Assembly (NCBI GenBank): GCA_034722955.1
Contig: JAYEOM010000063.1
Span: 1 to 42,512 of the forward strand
Origin: Campylobacterota bacterium
GTDB taxonomy: Bacteria; Campylobacterota; Campylobacteria; Campylobacterales; Sulfurovaceae
Length of the DNA: 42,512 bases
Direction of reading: 5' to 3'
In this document: piece by piece, positions 1 through 10,045 of the stretch
How the letters are laid out: the number at the start of each line of letters is the position of its first letter
Position numbering within the stretch: position 1 is the first letter of the stretch
Notes under the pieces: generated by a model
Told to the model about the DNA's origin: nothing
The model's database searches: none
Seen by the model: only the letters and a program-made list of their open reading frames with translations
Made by a program: the position numbers and the translations under genes

Positions 1-19
1 AGCCTACCTCCTACCTAGT

Positions 20-559
20 TTACCTAAACCGCTTAAATACTCGTGCAAAGTCTAGGGTTATCTCACATGTAGTCTCTTCAAAACTATAGCTCTCTTGCAG
101 AAAGTCACCCTCTTTGTCATATTTTGACCCTTTGAGTCTGTATATTTTGGCTCTTAGGTCATTGGGGTAGAGGAGTATGTAGTAGTTGACTTTCTCTCTT
201 TCATAAATCTCAAACTTATATTTCTCATCTCGTTTGGCTGTGGATTTAGAGATAATCTCTACGATAATCTCTGGTGCTTTGGTGAGATAGCTCTCGTTGG
301 TCTCACCACAGGTCAAGACAATATCAGGCTTCAAGATAGTATCATCACTCACTTTGTAGTCTATCTCTCCTAAGACTTCACACTCTTGGCACGCCTCTAG
401 CTGATTATGTAGTTCTGCTATTATAACTGTAGCTATACCCTGATGTCTTCTGAGCGGAGCAGGTGACATGGCCAAGGGGATACCATCTATCAGCTCCCAC
501 TCCCCCTCCCACTCTTTATAGTCATCATAGGTGTAATACTCTATAGCTTGGGCTGACAT
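20..559 (-). CDS. Uma2/DUF820 family putative PD-(D/E)xK endonuclease
   Basis: 179 aa with ELIDG..MSPAP...HQ, PDI, APEIIVEIISKST..D...K...Y motifs; AAGGAG SD upstream. Confidence 0.9.
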   Translation of the reverse strand: MSAQAIEYYTYDDYKEWEGEWELIDGIPLAMSPAPLRRHQGIATVIIAELHNQLEACQECEVLGEIDYKVSDDTILKPDIVLTCGETNESYLTKAPEIIVEIISKSTAKRDEKYKFEIYEREKVNYYILLYPNDLRAKIYRLKGSKYDKEGDFLQESYSFEETTCEITLDFARVFKRFR

Positions 560-622
560 GGTTTCTCCTTTGATGCTTAGGCTACCCCAATGAAATAAAC
601 ACCCAAATAGCTTTATCTCTCT

Positions 623-631
623 ATTATATCA
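623..631 (-). promoter_or_regulatory. Extended -10 promoter (TGATATAAT) for the Uma2 gene
   Basis: Exact TGnTATAAT on the minus strand, ~65 nt upstream of the ATG. Confidence 0.55.
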
Positions 632-841
632 AAAGAGTCTAAAGAGTTATAGCGAAGCATTGAAAGTTTAGGACCAGGTGATGAAACCAAACTTTTACTC
701 ATATTTATCTCTTCCATTTACTGCTCCATGGGTCTGGCGTTGAATATACACTTTTCATAAAATACACAAAAAAGTAACAAACATTACGCTAAAATAATAA
801 ACCAAAATAGGAGATTGCTAAACTAGCACTTATCATTGCAC

Positions 842-931
842 CTAGGGTATTTGCGAGAAAATCATCGATTAACCTGCCCTGACCAAAGGGAAGAAATGCC
901 CTTGGGGTGAAAATTTTCACAAACACCCTAG
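842..931. mobile_element. Short MITE-like element with terminal inverted repeats, CTAG at both ends
   Basis: cctagggtatttgcga (841-856) is the inverse of tcacaaacaccctagg (917-932) at 14/16; CTAG at 842-845 and 928-931; no ORF inside. Confidence 0.6.
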
Positions 932-958
932 GCACAAGCATAAACGCTATTTTGGCAA

Positions 959-1543
959 CTATATTGCATATTTCGGGTTCAACCGTTCAAACCACCACAT
1001 AAAAGCAAACATCAATCCTGGGGTTTTGGCGATCGTCTCATCGTAGATAAAGGCTTTTGCTTCCACTATGGACATCTCTATCACTTCGATCATCTCATGA
1101 TCTACGCCACCACCCTCAGAGACCTTCATATCATCATTGACTTCTACATAGTAGAGTCTCTGGCTACTTCCTGCGAAACCTACAGAGGTGTAAAAAGAGG
1201 TGATATTCTCTACACTCTCTAGAGGTACTTGGTAGCCACACTCCTCTTCGATCTCCTCTTGAGCGATCTGCTGAAGCGTCAAATCCTTATCTACGATACC
1301 TGCACATAGCTCGATCGTCACTCCGTCATCATTGTGAAGATAGACAGCCGGTCTGAACTGCTTTACAAGGATGAAAGACTCCCTCTCACTATGGTAGATT
1401 AAAACTGCCACACTATCATGTGCTTTGACGATCTCCCAATCTTTGGCTACTCCGTTTTGTCTGTATCTAGCCAGGGAGGTATGCACAAATCTAGGATCGG
1501 TTAGTGGCTCCAATCTAAAGTTTTCTATCTCATTTCTCATCAT
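959..1543 (-). CDS. Nudix hydrolase, NudK/YffH-like nucleotide-sugar pyrophosphatase
   Basis: HDSVAVL, VKQFRPAV and Nudix box ELCAGIVD...IAQEEIEEECGY; start may be the second ATG (1540). Confidence 0.85.
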   Translation of the reverse strand: MMRNEIENFRLEPLTDPRFVHTSLARYRQNGVAKDWEIVKAHDSVAVLIYHSERESFILVKQFRPAVYLHNDDGVTIELCAGIVDKDLTLQQIAQEEIEEECGYQVPLESVENITSFYTSVGFAGSSQRLYYVEVNDDMKVSEGGGVDHEMIEVIEMSIVEAKAFIYDETIAKTPGLMFAFMWWFERLNPKYAI

Positions 1544-1550
1544 AATCCTA

Positions 1551-2921
1551 TCATATAAGTATCATCTGTGCCAAACCCAAAAAGGCGAAAAAGCCCAATA
1601 CATCTGTCACAGTAGTTAGCAGTACTGAACTAGCTACAGCAGGGTCAGTTCCGATTTTTTTGAGTCCTAGGGGGATCACCGTACCGAAGAAACCTGCTGC
1701 AAGCAGATTGATGATCATCGCCATAGCGATCACGATACCCAGTCTAGCATCAGAGAACCAGAAAAATGCGATAGCACCCATCAGCAGTGCAAAGAGCAAT
1801 CCATTCAGGAGTGCGATGATGATCTCCTGCCTGATAGAGTCTTTCGCCTCTGACCAGCTCATCTCACCCAAAGCTATCTGTCTCACCATAATAGTCAGAG
1901 ACTGTGTACCGGCATTTCCTCCCATAGATGCAACGATCGGCATTAGGATCGCTAGTGCAACATACTTTTGGATCGTCTCATCAAAAAACGCTATCACCAG
2001 TGAAGCCAAAATAGCAGTAACTAGATTGACCCCTAGCCAAACACCGCGTTTTCTGGTGATAGATGCAATATCTCTATCCTCCTCTGTCTCATCATCAACC
2101 CCTGCCATCTTATAGATCTGATCTGTAGCCCGCTCTTCGATAATATCATAGACATCATCTGAGGTGATACGACCGATCAATACTCCTCTACTGCCTACAA
2201 CAGGAAGAACTACAAGATCATAGTTTTCAAAGATATTGACAACTACATTGATATCATCACTCGCTTTGACTCTCTGAATCATCTTGTGTGTTTTATCAAA
2301 ATAGTCTCTAAATGTTTTATCAAAATCATAAGTAATAAGATCTTCGAGCAAGATCACACCGATCAATATATTAAATTTATCAACGATAAAGGCTTGATGG
2401 ATATTATCAAGATCCTCCTCTCTCTTCATCTTTTTCAACCGCTCTACGGCTTCGCCTATCATCTCATCGAGATGTGCAGAAAAAAGCTCTGTCTGCATCA
2501 ATGCACCAGCTTCATCCTCTTCATACTTCTTGAGAAGTTTGATATCCTCGATATCCTCTTTATCGAGATTGGATAGTACCTCTTGCTCTTTATCACTATC
2601 TATATCTTCGATATCCTGCATCAAGTCAACAGCATCATCTGAGTCAAGCTCATCAACGATCTCGACCAGTTCTCTAACGGAGAGCTCTTTGAGTGCTTTA
2701 TCTTTGATCTTCTCTGGAAGCTCTAGAAGTACTTCACCTAGATGCTCCTCTGGAATCACACGAATATATACGAGAAATGCATCAAATCCCTCTTGATTAT
2801 AGACCTCTTTTAGTATTTTGGCTATCTCATTAGAGTGATACTCTTCAAAGTTTTCAGGATTCTTTATCAGGGTCTCTAGCAGCACCTTCGACTCTTCGAG
2901 ATGTATGGTATCTTCTATCAT
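1551..2921 (-). CDS. mgtE: Magnesium transporter MgtE
   Basis: Acidic N-domain, CBS pair, TM region with MGGNAGTQ and DPA...TTVTDV. Confidence 0.95.
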   Translation of the reverse strand: MIEDTIHLEESKVLLETLIKNPENFEEYHSNEIAKILKEVYNQEGFDAFLVYIRVIPEEHLGEVLLELPEKIKDKALKELSVRELVEIVDELDSDDAVDLMQDIEDIDSDKEQEVLSNLDKEDIEDIKLLKKYEEDEAGALMQTELFSAHLDEMIGEAVERLKKMKREEDLDNIHQAFIVDKFNILIGVILLEDLITYDFDKTFRDYFDKTHKMIQRVKASDDINVVVNIFENYDLVVLPVVGSRGVLIGRITSDDVYDIIEERATDQIYKMAGVDDETEEDRDIASITRKRGVWLGVNLVTAILASLVIAFFDETIQKYVALAILMPIVASMGGNAGTQSLTIMVRQIALGEMSWSEAKDSIRQEIIIALLNGLLFALLMGAIAFFWFSDARLGIVIAMAMIINLLAAGFFGTVIPLGLKKIGTDPAVASSVLLTTVTDVLGFFAFLGLAQMILI

Positions 2922-4174
2922 TGATCAACTCCTATCATTACAGACTCCTTTTCATCGACTAAACTATAGTTGATTTTATAATCATCCCATCTGAAATTTT
3001 CAGGAGGGTTCTCTAGCATTTTCAACACTTTAACTCTATTTTGTTTGGCCCCTTTGATCTCTATCTTTTTAGTGATAAAGGATTTGAGTCCTCCGCTGCT
3101 CTTTTTTTTGAGGTACTTTAGAGGATTTACAGCTCGACCATTTTTGTATAATCCAAAGTGCAGGTGCGGACCGGTACTACGCCCTGTGTTGCCTACATAC
3201 CCTATGATCTCTCCTTTTTTGACCTTTTTCCCTCTCTTGGCACGAGTACTTTTTTGGTGGGCATAGAGAGAGACATATCCACCGGAGTGTTTGATCTTGA
3301 CAACCTTTCCATATCCACCCTTCCATCCGGAGAATATGACTCTACCTGGGGCAACAGCCAGTAGCGGAGTTCCTCTTCTCGCTGCAAAATCTACTCCTAA
3401 ATGCGGTCTATATCGACGCAGGATCGGATGCCATCTCTTGTAGCTAAAATGCGATGAGATACGAATATGTCTCAACGGCATTCCAAATTTATCATTTCGT
3501 TTCAATCTTTTGATTTTAGCTGTTGAGACAGGATTGCCTCTGCTGTCATAGGTTACAGTTTTACTAGTACTCTGATAGGGCATACCATCTTTATCTGCAT
3601 AGATAAAACTCCTCTTGCCTCCTGTCTCGATCATAGCTATTTTGAGATCAGGAGAACCAAGTGGTCTGCCTAAACGCTCTTTTTGGGTATAGATCATCGC
3701 TATAGTATCATCTTTTTTCAGTTTTCGACAGTTGACACTATTTTTGAAAAACTTGTTCACCAAACTTGCAAGTTTGCGGTTACCAGTTGTATTTTTGATA
3801 TCACTGTATGGATTCATTGTGATGGGTGTCACTACTCTATACTCATCATCAGAAAAGATGATCGGTATAATATCAAAAGCATAATCTCCACTCTCTTGAT
3901 CTCTAACAACCTGTATCTGCATCTCTTCACCGATGGGGATGAGTGACTGCAATAACCTACCATCTTGGTCAAAAAGTTCATAAAATGCTACACCACTCTC
4001 TATCTCAGATAGAAATTCCATATCATCAGACTCAATAGTCTCAATCAAAGAGAGGGATATATTGCGATCTTCGAGATAAGTAGAAAATACCTCTCCCTCC
4101 AACCAATGAGTCTCGACGACTTTTGCTGAAAAAAGTGATGAGAGCAGAAGCCAAAACAGAAGTAAAGTTTTCAT
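2918..4174 (-). CDS. M23 family peptidoglycan DD-metallopeptidase (Csd3-like)
   Basis: Signal peptide; RWHPIL..HLGVDFAA, GGYGK, YAH, STGPHLHFG. Confidence 0.9.
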   Translation of the reverse strand: MKTLLLFWLLLSSLFSAKVVETHWLEGEVFSTYLEDRNISLSLIETIESDDMEFLSEIESGVAFYELFDQDGRLLQSLIPIGEEMQIQVVRDQESGDYAFDIIPIIFSDDEYRVVTPITMNPYSDIKNTTGNRKLASLVNKFFKNSVNCRKLKKDDTIAMIYTQKERLGRPLGSPDLKIAMIETGGKRSFIYADKDGMPYQSTSKTVTYDSRGNPVSTAKIKRLKRNDKFGMPLRHIRISSHFSYKRWHPILRRYRPHLGVDFAARRGTPLLAVAPGRVIFSGWKGGYGKVVKIKHSGGYVSLYAHQKSTRAKRGKKVKKGEIIGYVGNTGRSTGPHLHFGLYKNGRAVNPLKYLKKKSSGGLKSFITKKIEIKGAKQNRVKVLKMLENPPENFRWDDYKINYSLVDEKESVMIGVDQ

Positions 4175-4210
4175 AAAATTCCCATTAACAAGTTAGTATT
4201 ATCAGTATAA

Positions 4211-4368
4211 GGAGCCTCCCAAAAACAAATATACCCATCTTTCTTCTCCTTTTGTCCCTATTTGAATTCTCTCAATCGTCGCATAGAGTCACTATGCTCC
4301 TCACGAGAGTATCCAACTAGAAACAAAATTCCTGCGTCATATTGGTATATTTGTTCTTGTGCAGCTCC
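4211..4368. mobile_element. 158-bp MITE-like element (family A, longest copy)
   Basis: 25-bp TIRs ggagcctcccaaaaacaaatatacc / ggtatatttgttcttgtgcagctcc (21/25), TAA on both sides (4208-4210, 4369-4371), central hairpin gcatag-agtca-ctatgc. Confidence 0.85.
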
Positions 4369-4380
4369 TAAAACAAAAAG

Positions 4381-4444
4381 ATTATAACAAAAAATGGTTA
4401 ATCTCTGTAGAAACACTATATTTTTAATCTTTGTCAAGTATAAT
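4381..4444. promoter_or_regulatory. Divergent promoters: TGTTATAAT (minus, 4381-4389) and TATAAT (plus, 4439-4444)
   Basis: Consensus -10 boxes facing the M23 operon and the pgbA-like operon. Confidence 0.55.
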
Positions 4445-4477
4445 CGTATCAATACATGTTCAACACAAAGGATTCTT

Positions 4478-5164
4478 ATGCGTGCTATCGCAATTACTTT
4501 TCTCCTCTCTATAGTCCCCTTGATGGCGGATTTTTATCCATCTACAGTACAGAGTACGATATCTGGTATCGGGCAAAATAGTATCACACTAAAACGCGGT
4601 TTCCCTGCCAAAGGGATGAGTGCGATCATTATGCATAAATATGGAGATGATCTTAAAGCAGTCACAAGCTATATGCGTTATGATGGTGGCAACAGAGGCA
4701 GACTCATAGAGAATGAACCTATACTACATGATGAGCTGCCTGCAGTCAAACCCAAGGTAGGTGTCGGAGACAGAGTAATCGCCGGATACCTATATAAAAA
4801 TATCCTTCTGCTTGCACCTGATGCCAATACATATGCAAGGATCACAAGTTCTGCGAAAAAAAACTGGATACACCCTGATCTCTATGCGATGTTCCTCTCT
4901 CAGGAGGGAGATCAATATCCCACACAAGAGAATTTGCAAAAATTTGCCAATGAGTATCAGATAGGTCTAGTCTATATAGTTCAACGAGGCAAGGCTCTCC
5001 TCTATGACCCTATAAGCAGACGGTATGTCTCCAAAAAAACATTGACAGGATTGCCGGCAAAAGGGCAATTCCCTTTCTATATGAGACTAGGCAAGATCGA
5101 ATCAGGCTGGTTTTCGAGAGAAGCAGATGGTGAGTATTATCAACTCATGAAGAGTATTCGGTGA
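4478..5164 (+). CDS. Plasminogen-binding protein PgbA N-terminal-domain family exported protein
   Basis: ATG 4478 with AAGGA SD and signal peptide (MRAIAITFLL..); LLAPD...Y, IHPDLYA, P..ENLQ motifs; upstream of glcD as in related genomes. The ORF-track start at 4394 is probably too long. Confidence 0.75.
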   Translation: MRAIAITFLLSIVPLMADFYPSTVQSTISGIGQNSITLKRGFPAKGMSAIIMHKYGDDLKAVTSYMRYDGGNRGRLIENEPILHDELPAVKPKVGVGDRVIAGYLYKNILLLAPDANTYARITSSAKKNWIHPDLYAMFLSQEGDQYPTQENLQKFANEYQIGLVYIVQRGKALLYDPISRRYVSKKTLTGLPAKGQFPFYMRLGKIESGWFSREADGEYYQLMKSIR

Positions 5165-6549
5165 TAGATGAAAAACATCTTCAAGCCTTTGAGGAGATAG
5201 TAGGGGCAGAAAACCTCTATAGTGACAAGGCTCACCTCATCGCCTACAGCTATGATGCTACACGAACACACTTTGAGCCTGATGCTGTCATCTTTCCTCG
5301 TCATGAAGAGGATGTGAGCAAAATATTGCAATACTGCAACCAAAACCATATCATCATTACACCACGCGGTGCAGGATCAGGTTTTACCGGTGGTGCACTA
5401 CCGGCAAATGGTGGTATCATTTTGGCGATGGAGAAGCATATGAACAAGATTTTGGAGATTGATTTCCAAAATATGGTCGCTGTGGTAGAGCCTGGTGTTA
5501 TAAATATGGATCTGCAAAAGGCTGTCGAAGAGGTGGGTCTCTTCTATCCGCCTGACCCGGCAAGCGAAGAGTATTGTACTCTTGGTGGCAATGTCAGTGA
5601 AAATGCCGGAGGGATGCGTGCTGCAAAGTATGGCATCACCAAAGACTATGTTATGGCTATGCGTGCTGTACGAGCCAACGGAGATATCATCCGAGCAGGA
5701 AAACGAACGATCAAAGATGTAGCAGGATATAACATCTCCGGTATTCTGACTGCTAGCGAGGGAACTCTAGCTGTGATTACCGAGATCACTCTCAAGCTTA
5801 TCCCCAAGCCAAAGTTCACAAAAGCCTATATGGGGATATTCCCCTCTGTTGAGAATGCTATGAATGCTGTATTTAAGTCTCTAGCAGCAGGTGCAAATCC
5901 TGTAGCTATGGAGTTTTTAGACTCTCTAGTAGTACAAGCTCTCAAAGAGAAACTTGGTATAGAGCTTCCTGAAGATGCTGGGGCACTGCTGATCGGTGAT
6001 GTCGATGGCAATGTTGCTCAAGAGGTTGATTTTCAACTAGATATTTTGCAAACATCATTCAGAGAAAATGGTGCACAGGATTTTGTCATCGCAGAGGATA
6101 GCAAAGCACGAGACAAACTCTGGTATGCTAGACGAAACGCCTCTCCATCCATCACTATCTTTGGCAGTAAAAAACTCAATGAAGATATCTCTGTACCTAG
6201 AAGCATGCTGCCAGAGGCACTAAATCGTATCTATGCTATAGGAGATAAGTATGGGTTTAAAGTCCCCTGTTTTGGGCATGCTGGTGATGGCAATATCCAT
6301 GTAAATATCATGGTAGATGGAGCAAATCCCAAAGAGCTAGAGGATGGACATAGAGCAATAGAGGAGATATTTAGACTTGTGGTAGATATGGGCGGTACCC
6401 TCAGTGGCGAGCATGGTATAGGGACAAGCAAAGCACCCTTTATGCATATCGCTTTCAGCGAAGAGGAGATTCAACTCTTCAGAGATATCAAACAAGCCTT
6501 CGACCCAAACAATATACTCAACCCCGGCAAGATGGGTCTTCCAAACTAA
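5161..6549 (+). CDS. glcD: FAD-linked oxidase, glycolate/D-lactate dehydrogenase GlcD family
   Basis: PRGAGSG, PPDPAS, ENAGG..KYG, GHAGDGNIH, SGEHGIG, FDP..ILNPGK. Confidence 0.9.
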   Translation: MIDEKHLQAFEEIVGAENLYSDKAHLIAYSYDATRTHFEPDAVIFPRHEEDVSKILQYCNQNHIIITPRGAGSGFTGGALPANGGIILAMEKHMNKILEIDFQNMVAVVEPGVINMDLQKAVEEVGLFYPPDPASEEYCTLGGNVSENAGGMRAAKYGITKDYVMAMRAVRANGDIIRAGKRTIKDVAGYNISGILTASEGTLAVITEITLKLIPKPKFTKAYMGIFPSVENAMNAVFKSLAAGANPVAMEFLDSLVVQALKEKLGIELPEDAGALLIGDVDGNVAQEVDFQLDILQTSFRENGAQDFVIAEDSKARDKLWYARRNASPSITIFGSKKLNEDISVPRSMLPEALNRIYAIGDKYGFKVPCFGHAGDGNIHVNIMVDGANPKELEDGHRAIEEIFRLVVDMGGTLSGEHGIGTSKAPFMHIAFSEEEIQLFRDIKQAFDPNNILNPGKMGLPN

Positions 6550-6552
6550 TAT

Positions 6553-7374
6553 ATGAAAAAACCCAATATCAATCCACCTATGATAAAAACTTTTTTCAAT
6601 GATCTGCTAGATGAACGGATAGGGTATTACGCCTCCAGCATGAGCTGGAGTACCATATTTTCGATTATTCCTCTACTGGTTATTTTACTCTCTGTATTTA
6701 CCTCGTTGCCTATATTTCAAACTGTATATGACGATATTCATACTCTTATCTTTGAAAATCTCATGCCTGCAAACTCCGAAGAGATCATGAAGTATATCGA
6801 TGGTTTTATAGCAAACTCTGGAAAATTAGGTATAGTTGGCTTCTTATATGTTTTGATCGCTGCTGTTATGTTTTTCAAAAACTACGATTTTATCGTCAAT
6901 GACATCTTTGAGACTCCTAGAAGAACAGTAGTTGAAGCACTCACAAACTACACTCTGCTGATCGTCATTGTTCCAGTTATGTTGGGAGCCTCCTTTTTCC
7001 TATCTACTAACATGCAGTACTATTTGGACAAGAGTGATATTACCAGTGTTATTCATCTCTACTTTTTCCTGCCATACTTGATGATATGGGGGACATTTTA
7101 TATCGCTTATCAACTCTCAGCCCATACCGTGATCTCCAAAAGAGCTGCTCTAAGTAGCTCTTTTATCGCTGCACTTATCTGGGATCTTGCCAAGAGCGGT
7201 TTTATCTTTTATGTCACAAGCAACCATACTTACAGTAGTATATACGGTAGCATCAGCACACTTCTATTCTTTTTTCTCTGGATATATATCTCATGGATGA
7301 TTTTTTTGTATGGTTTGCGATTTTGTTATCTATTGGACAAAAAGGTAACAAAGGTAGAGCGTAGCGGTACTTAG
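6553..7374 (+). CDS. YihY/BrkB family inner membrane protein
   Basis: Multi-TM; S..TIFSIIPLL and YSSIYGS....LFFFLWIYISW. Confidence 0.85.
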   Translation: MKKPNINPPMIKTFFNDLLDERIGYYASSMSWSTIFSIIPLLVILLSVFTSLPIFQTVYDDIHTLIFENLMPANSEEIMKYIDGFIANSGKLGIVGFLYVLIAAVMFFKNYDFIVNDIFETPRRTVVEALTNYTLLIVIVPVMLGASFFLSTNMQYYLDKSDITSVIHLYFFLPYLMIWGTFYIAYQLSAHTVISKRAALSSSFIAALIWDLAKSGFIFYVTSNHTYSSIYGSISTLLFFFLWIYISWMIFLYGLRFCYLLDKKVTKVERSGT

Positions 7375-8595
7375 AGTCAAACTGAAAAAAAAACGACTCC
7401 ATATAGATGCGATCGACAGGAGCAGATAGACCAGCACTGCCCACTGAGGCAATATATGCTCTTGGTATATAGATGGGAGAGAAAATAGCCACAGCAGAGC
7501 AGTATCAAATATCCCTCCCAACCCAATAATATGCAAAAAGATCACAATAGGGTAGAAAGGTACAAAAGCTAGAGATAGCAGTGGAGAAAGCAGTTGCCAC
7601 GGTGATGTTATGCCAAAAACTTCATGGACAATAGGCAGCATCAAAACAAATATGCCTACTGGTATATAGAGTAGTGAAATCAACAATTTGTCACTCTGCC
7701 TACTCCAGTGCAGAACCAGATATATATAAAATACTCCTATAACAGAAAAACGAAATCCAAGTGAAACAATCAACTCTGGGAAGAGTGCCAACAGAAGCAT
7801 CACCACAAATCCAAGCAGTTCAAAACTGATAAGTTCAATCCCTAGAAGAAGCATCACCCATGCAATGGAGAGCATCGTATATGAACGCACAAGAGAGGGC
7901 GGAAAGTCGACAAACCATAGATAAAAACCCAAAACTCCCAGCGTCACGATACCCATATCCAAAAGCATCAACCTATAGGGAAACCATCTCTGCTGCATGG
8001 GTTTGTAGATAAAACTCAGCAACCCATAAACCAATCCCCAAAGTATCGTCAAGTGAAATCCACTCAATGCTACCAAATGACTCACCCCAAGTCCCGCGAT
8101 CTTCTCTCTGAGGGTGATGGATAGAGGAGTTGCCAAAAATATTGCCTGATAGAAGGAGACCAGTTGAGAATCTTGATGCTGCAGAGCGATCCTATCCAAA
8201 ACTCTACTCTTCCCACTATTTGGACTCTCACCAACTACAGTAACCCTTGTTTTGACAAAAAATGTTCCCAAATAGTCTCTAAAGCTGATCTTCTTGTCAG
8301 GGATCATCTTGACACGGACTATCTTCCCGGTCAAATTATCAGATAGCAGAGCTGTTGTGTAAAACTTCTTCCCCTCTATACTCTTAAGCTTTAACACCTC
8401 ATAACTTTTTCCTGATCGGTTTTTGGTGTATTGTTGCAAAACTGTAGCTTTGGTATAGTAAAAAGGCTTATCCATAAAATCACTATACTCAAAATAGAGC
8501 CAAGTCAGACGCACAAAAAGAGTGACAGCAAGAGTCCCAAAAACAATCAAAAACTCTCTATTATCGAGAAAAAGTTTGGGTTTCTCCAGTATCAT
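7330..8595 (-). CDS. comEC: ComEC/Rec2 competence channel (no beta-lactamase domain)
   Basis: GVSHLVALSGFH, PSLVRS, SLGFRFS; likely start ATG 8595 (MILEKPKLF), which avoids overlap with dnaB. Confidence 0.85.
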   Translation of the reverse strand: MILEKPKLFLDNREFLIVFGTLAVTLFVRLTWLYFEYSDFMDKPFYYTKATVLQQYTKNRSGKSYEVLKLKSIEGKKFYTTALLSDNLTGKIVRVKMIPDKKISFRDYLGTFFVKTRVTVVGESPNSGKSRVLDRIALQHQDSQLVSFYQAIFLATPLSITLREKIAGLGVSHLVALSGFHLTILWGLVYGLLSFIYKPMQQRWFPYRLMLLDMGIVTLGVLGFYLWFVDFPPSLVRSYTMLSIAWVMLLLGIELISFELLGFVVMLLLALFPELIVSLGFRFSVIGVFYIYLVLHWSRQSDKLLISLLYIPVGIFVLMLPIVHEVFGITSPWQLLSPLLSLAFVPFYPIVIFLHIIGLGGIFDTALLWLFSLPSIYQEHILPQWAVLVYLLLSIASIWSRFFFSLTLSTATLYLCYLFVQ

Positions 8596-8605
8596 GTCGC
8601 CGGTA

Positions 8606-10045
8606 TCATATCGATGGCAGTTCGATCGTTCCCTCACGCATATCGATATTGCTCTCATCATAGACCACTTCAAACGCTGCTGTAGCAGAAGCATCAACAA
8701 AACGGGTAAAGTTCTTCTGAAAGATCAGATCTACCGTACCTGTCGGACCATTTCTCTGTTTTCCGATGATGATCTCAGCCTCCTCTTCGGACTTCTTGCG
8801 AAATTCACTCTGGTACTCTTTGCCTTCCGCTTTGGCTCTCATCTCCTTCTCTTTCTCTTGAGCTTCACGGTAGACATCATCACGATAGACAAAGAGTATG
8901 ATATCTGCATCCTGCTCTATCGCTCCAGACTCTCGCAAGTCACTCAGCATTGGTCGTTTATTATCTCTGGATTCCAGGGATCTATTGAGCTGGGAGAGTG
9001 CGACTATAGGCATATCCAACTCCCTTGCAAGCTGCTTGAGTCCTCTGGATATCTCTGATATCTCCTGCTGTCTTCCCTCTCTGCCACCCTCACCGCTCAT
9101 CAGCTGAAGATAGTCGATGATCGCCATAGTGATCTCGGGATGTTGTGATTTGAGTTTGCGAAGTTTGGAACGCACATGGTGGATCGTCGCATATCCCCCA
9201 TCATCTACAAAGAGTTTCTTCTGTGCTATATCATCCACAGCAGCCGAAAACTGACTCCACTGATCATCCTTGAGGTCCCCCACACGAAGAGCCTGTAGAG
9301 GGATCGAAGTCTTAGCAGAGAGCATCCTCAGCATCAACTGCTCTGCCGGCATCTCTAGCGAGAAAAAAGCTACACCCTCATCCCTCTCTATAGCTTTTAG
9401 TGCCATATTTAACACAATTGCCGTTTTCCCCATAGATGGTCTTGCTGCGATAATGACTAGATCTCCTTTGCCAAATCCACTCGTTTTATCGTTGAGATTT
9501 CGAAATCCGGTATCTGTACCGATGAGTCTGGAGTTTCCTAGTGCTTTGAGTCGCTCTATCTCATCCATCATCGCTAGTGTTATATCTTTGGATTCACGAA
9601 AATCATCGTTTGTACTGTTCTGTGTGATCTCATAGAGCTTTTTCTCGACAAGGTTCATGATCTCTATAGCAGGCAGATCATCTTCGATCGTAACCTTTTT
9701 GATCTCAGTAGCCAGTGTAGCAAGGGCCCTTTTGCTTGACTTGGCTTTGATCTCACTGAGATAGGCAGATGTATTTGAGATAGGGTTGGCAGCAAGTATA
9801 TCAAGCATCCCTGTCTCATCAAACTTACCCATAGAGACTAGCTTGCTACGCAGAAACTCCTCGTCGATCGGCTTCTCATCTACCGTCAAATCCTCCATCG
9901 CCTCAAAGATGTGTTGATGAAAAGGGTAATAAAAATCATGTGCCTTCAGCTTTGCAGCTATCTCCTCAAAGACCTCAGGATCGAAAATAATCGCAGAGAG
10001 TACCGCTCTTTCGATATTGAGATTGTACATATTTTCTATACTCAA
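8606..10045 (-). CDS. dnaB: Replicative DNA helicase DnaB
   Basis: [48 protein letters not shown]. Confidence 0.97.
   Translation of the reverse strand: MSIENMYNLNIERAVLSAIIFDPEVFEEIAAKLKAHDFYYPFHQHIFEAMEDLTVDEKPIDEEFLRSKLVSMGKFDETGMLDILAANPISNTSAYLSEIKAKSSKRALATLATEIKKVTIEDDLPAIEIMNLVEKKLYEITQNSTNDDFRESKDITLAMMDEIERLKALGNSRLIGTDTGFRNLNDKTSGFGKGDLVIIAARPSMGKTAIVLNMALKAIERDEGVAFFSLEMPAEQLMLRMLSAKTSIPLQALRVGDLKDDQWSQFSAAVDDIAQKKLFVDDGGYATIHHVRSKLRKLKSQHPEITMAIIDYLQLMSGEGGREGRQQEISEISRGLKQLARELDMPIVALSQLNRSLESRDNKRPMLSDLRESGAIEQDADIILFVYRDDVYREAQEKEKEMRAKAEGKEYQSEFRKKSEEEAEIIIGKQRNGPTGTVDLIFQKNFTRFVDASATAAFEVVYDESNIDMREGTIELPSI

Noticed and set aside
695..758. Short minus-strand frames (MKSVYSTPDPWSSKWKR; KVYIQRQTHGAVNGRDKYE)
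   Set aside because: No SD and no recognisable family; cannot be distinguished from chance.
4175..4393. Mg2+ (M-box) riboswitch upstream of the mgtE-containing operon
   Set aside because: The structured sequence is explained by the MITE (TIRs, duplication, other copies); no M-box features recognised.
4258..4452. 64-aa ORF; also 12957-13355, 13979-14176 and 41617-41811
   Set aside because: They run through MITE or repeat sequence and promoters and lack SD or motifs.
7330..7374. 45-bp 3' overlap of yihY and comEC
   Set aside because: Short convergent overlaps are ordinary in compact genomes.
8780..8880. Charged insertion in the DnaB C-terminus as an intein or novelty
   Set aside because: Short, no intein motifs; consistent with the known helical insertion of Helicobacter-type DnaB.
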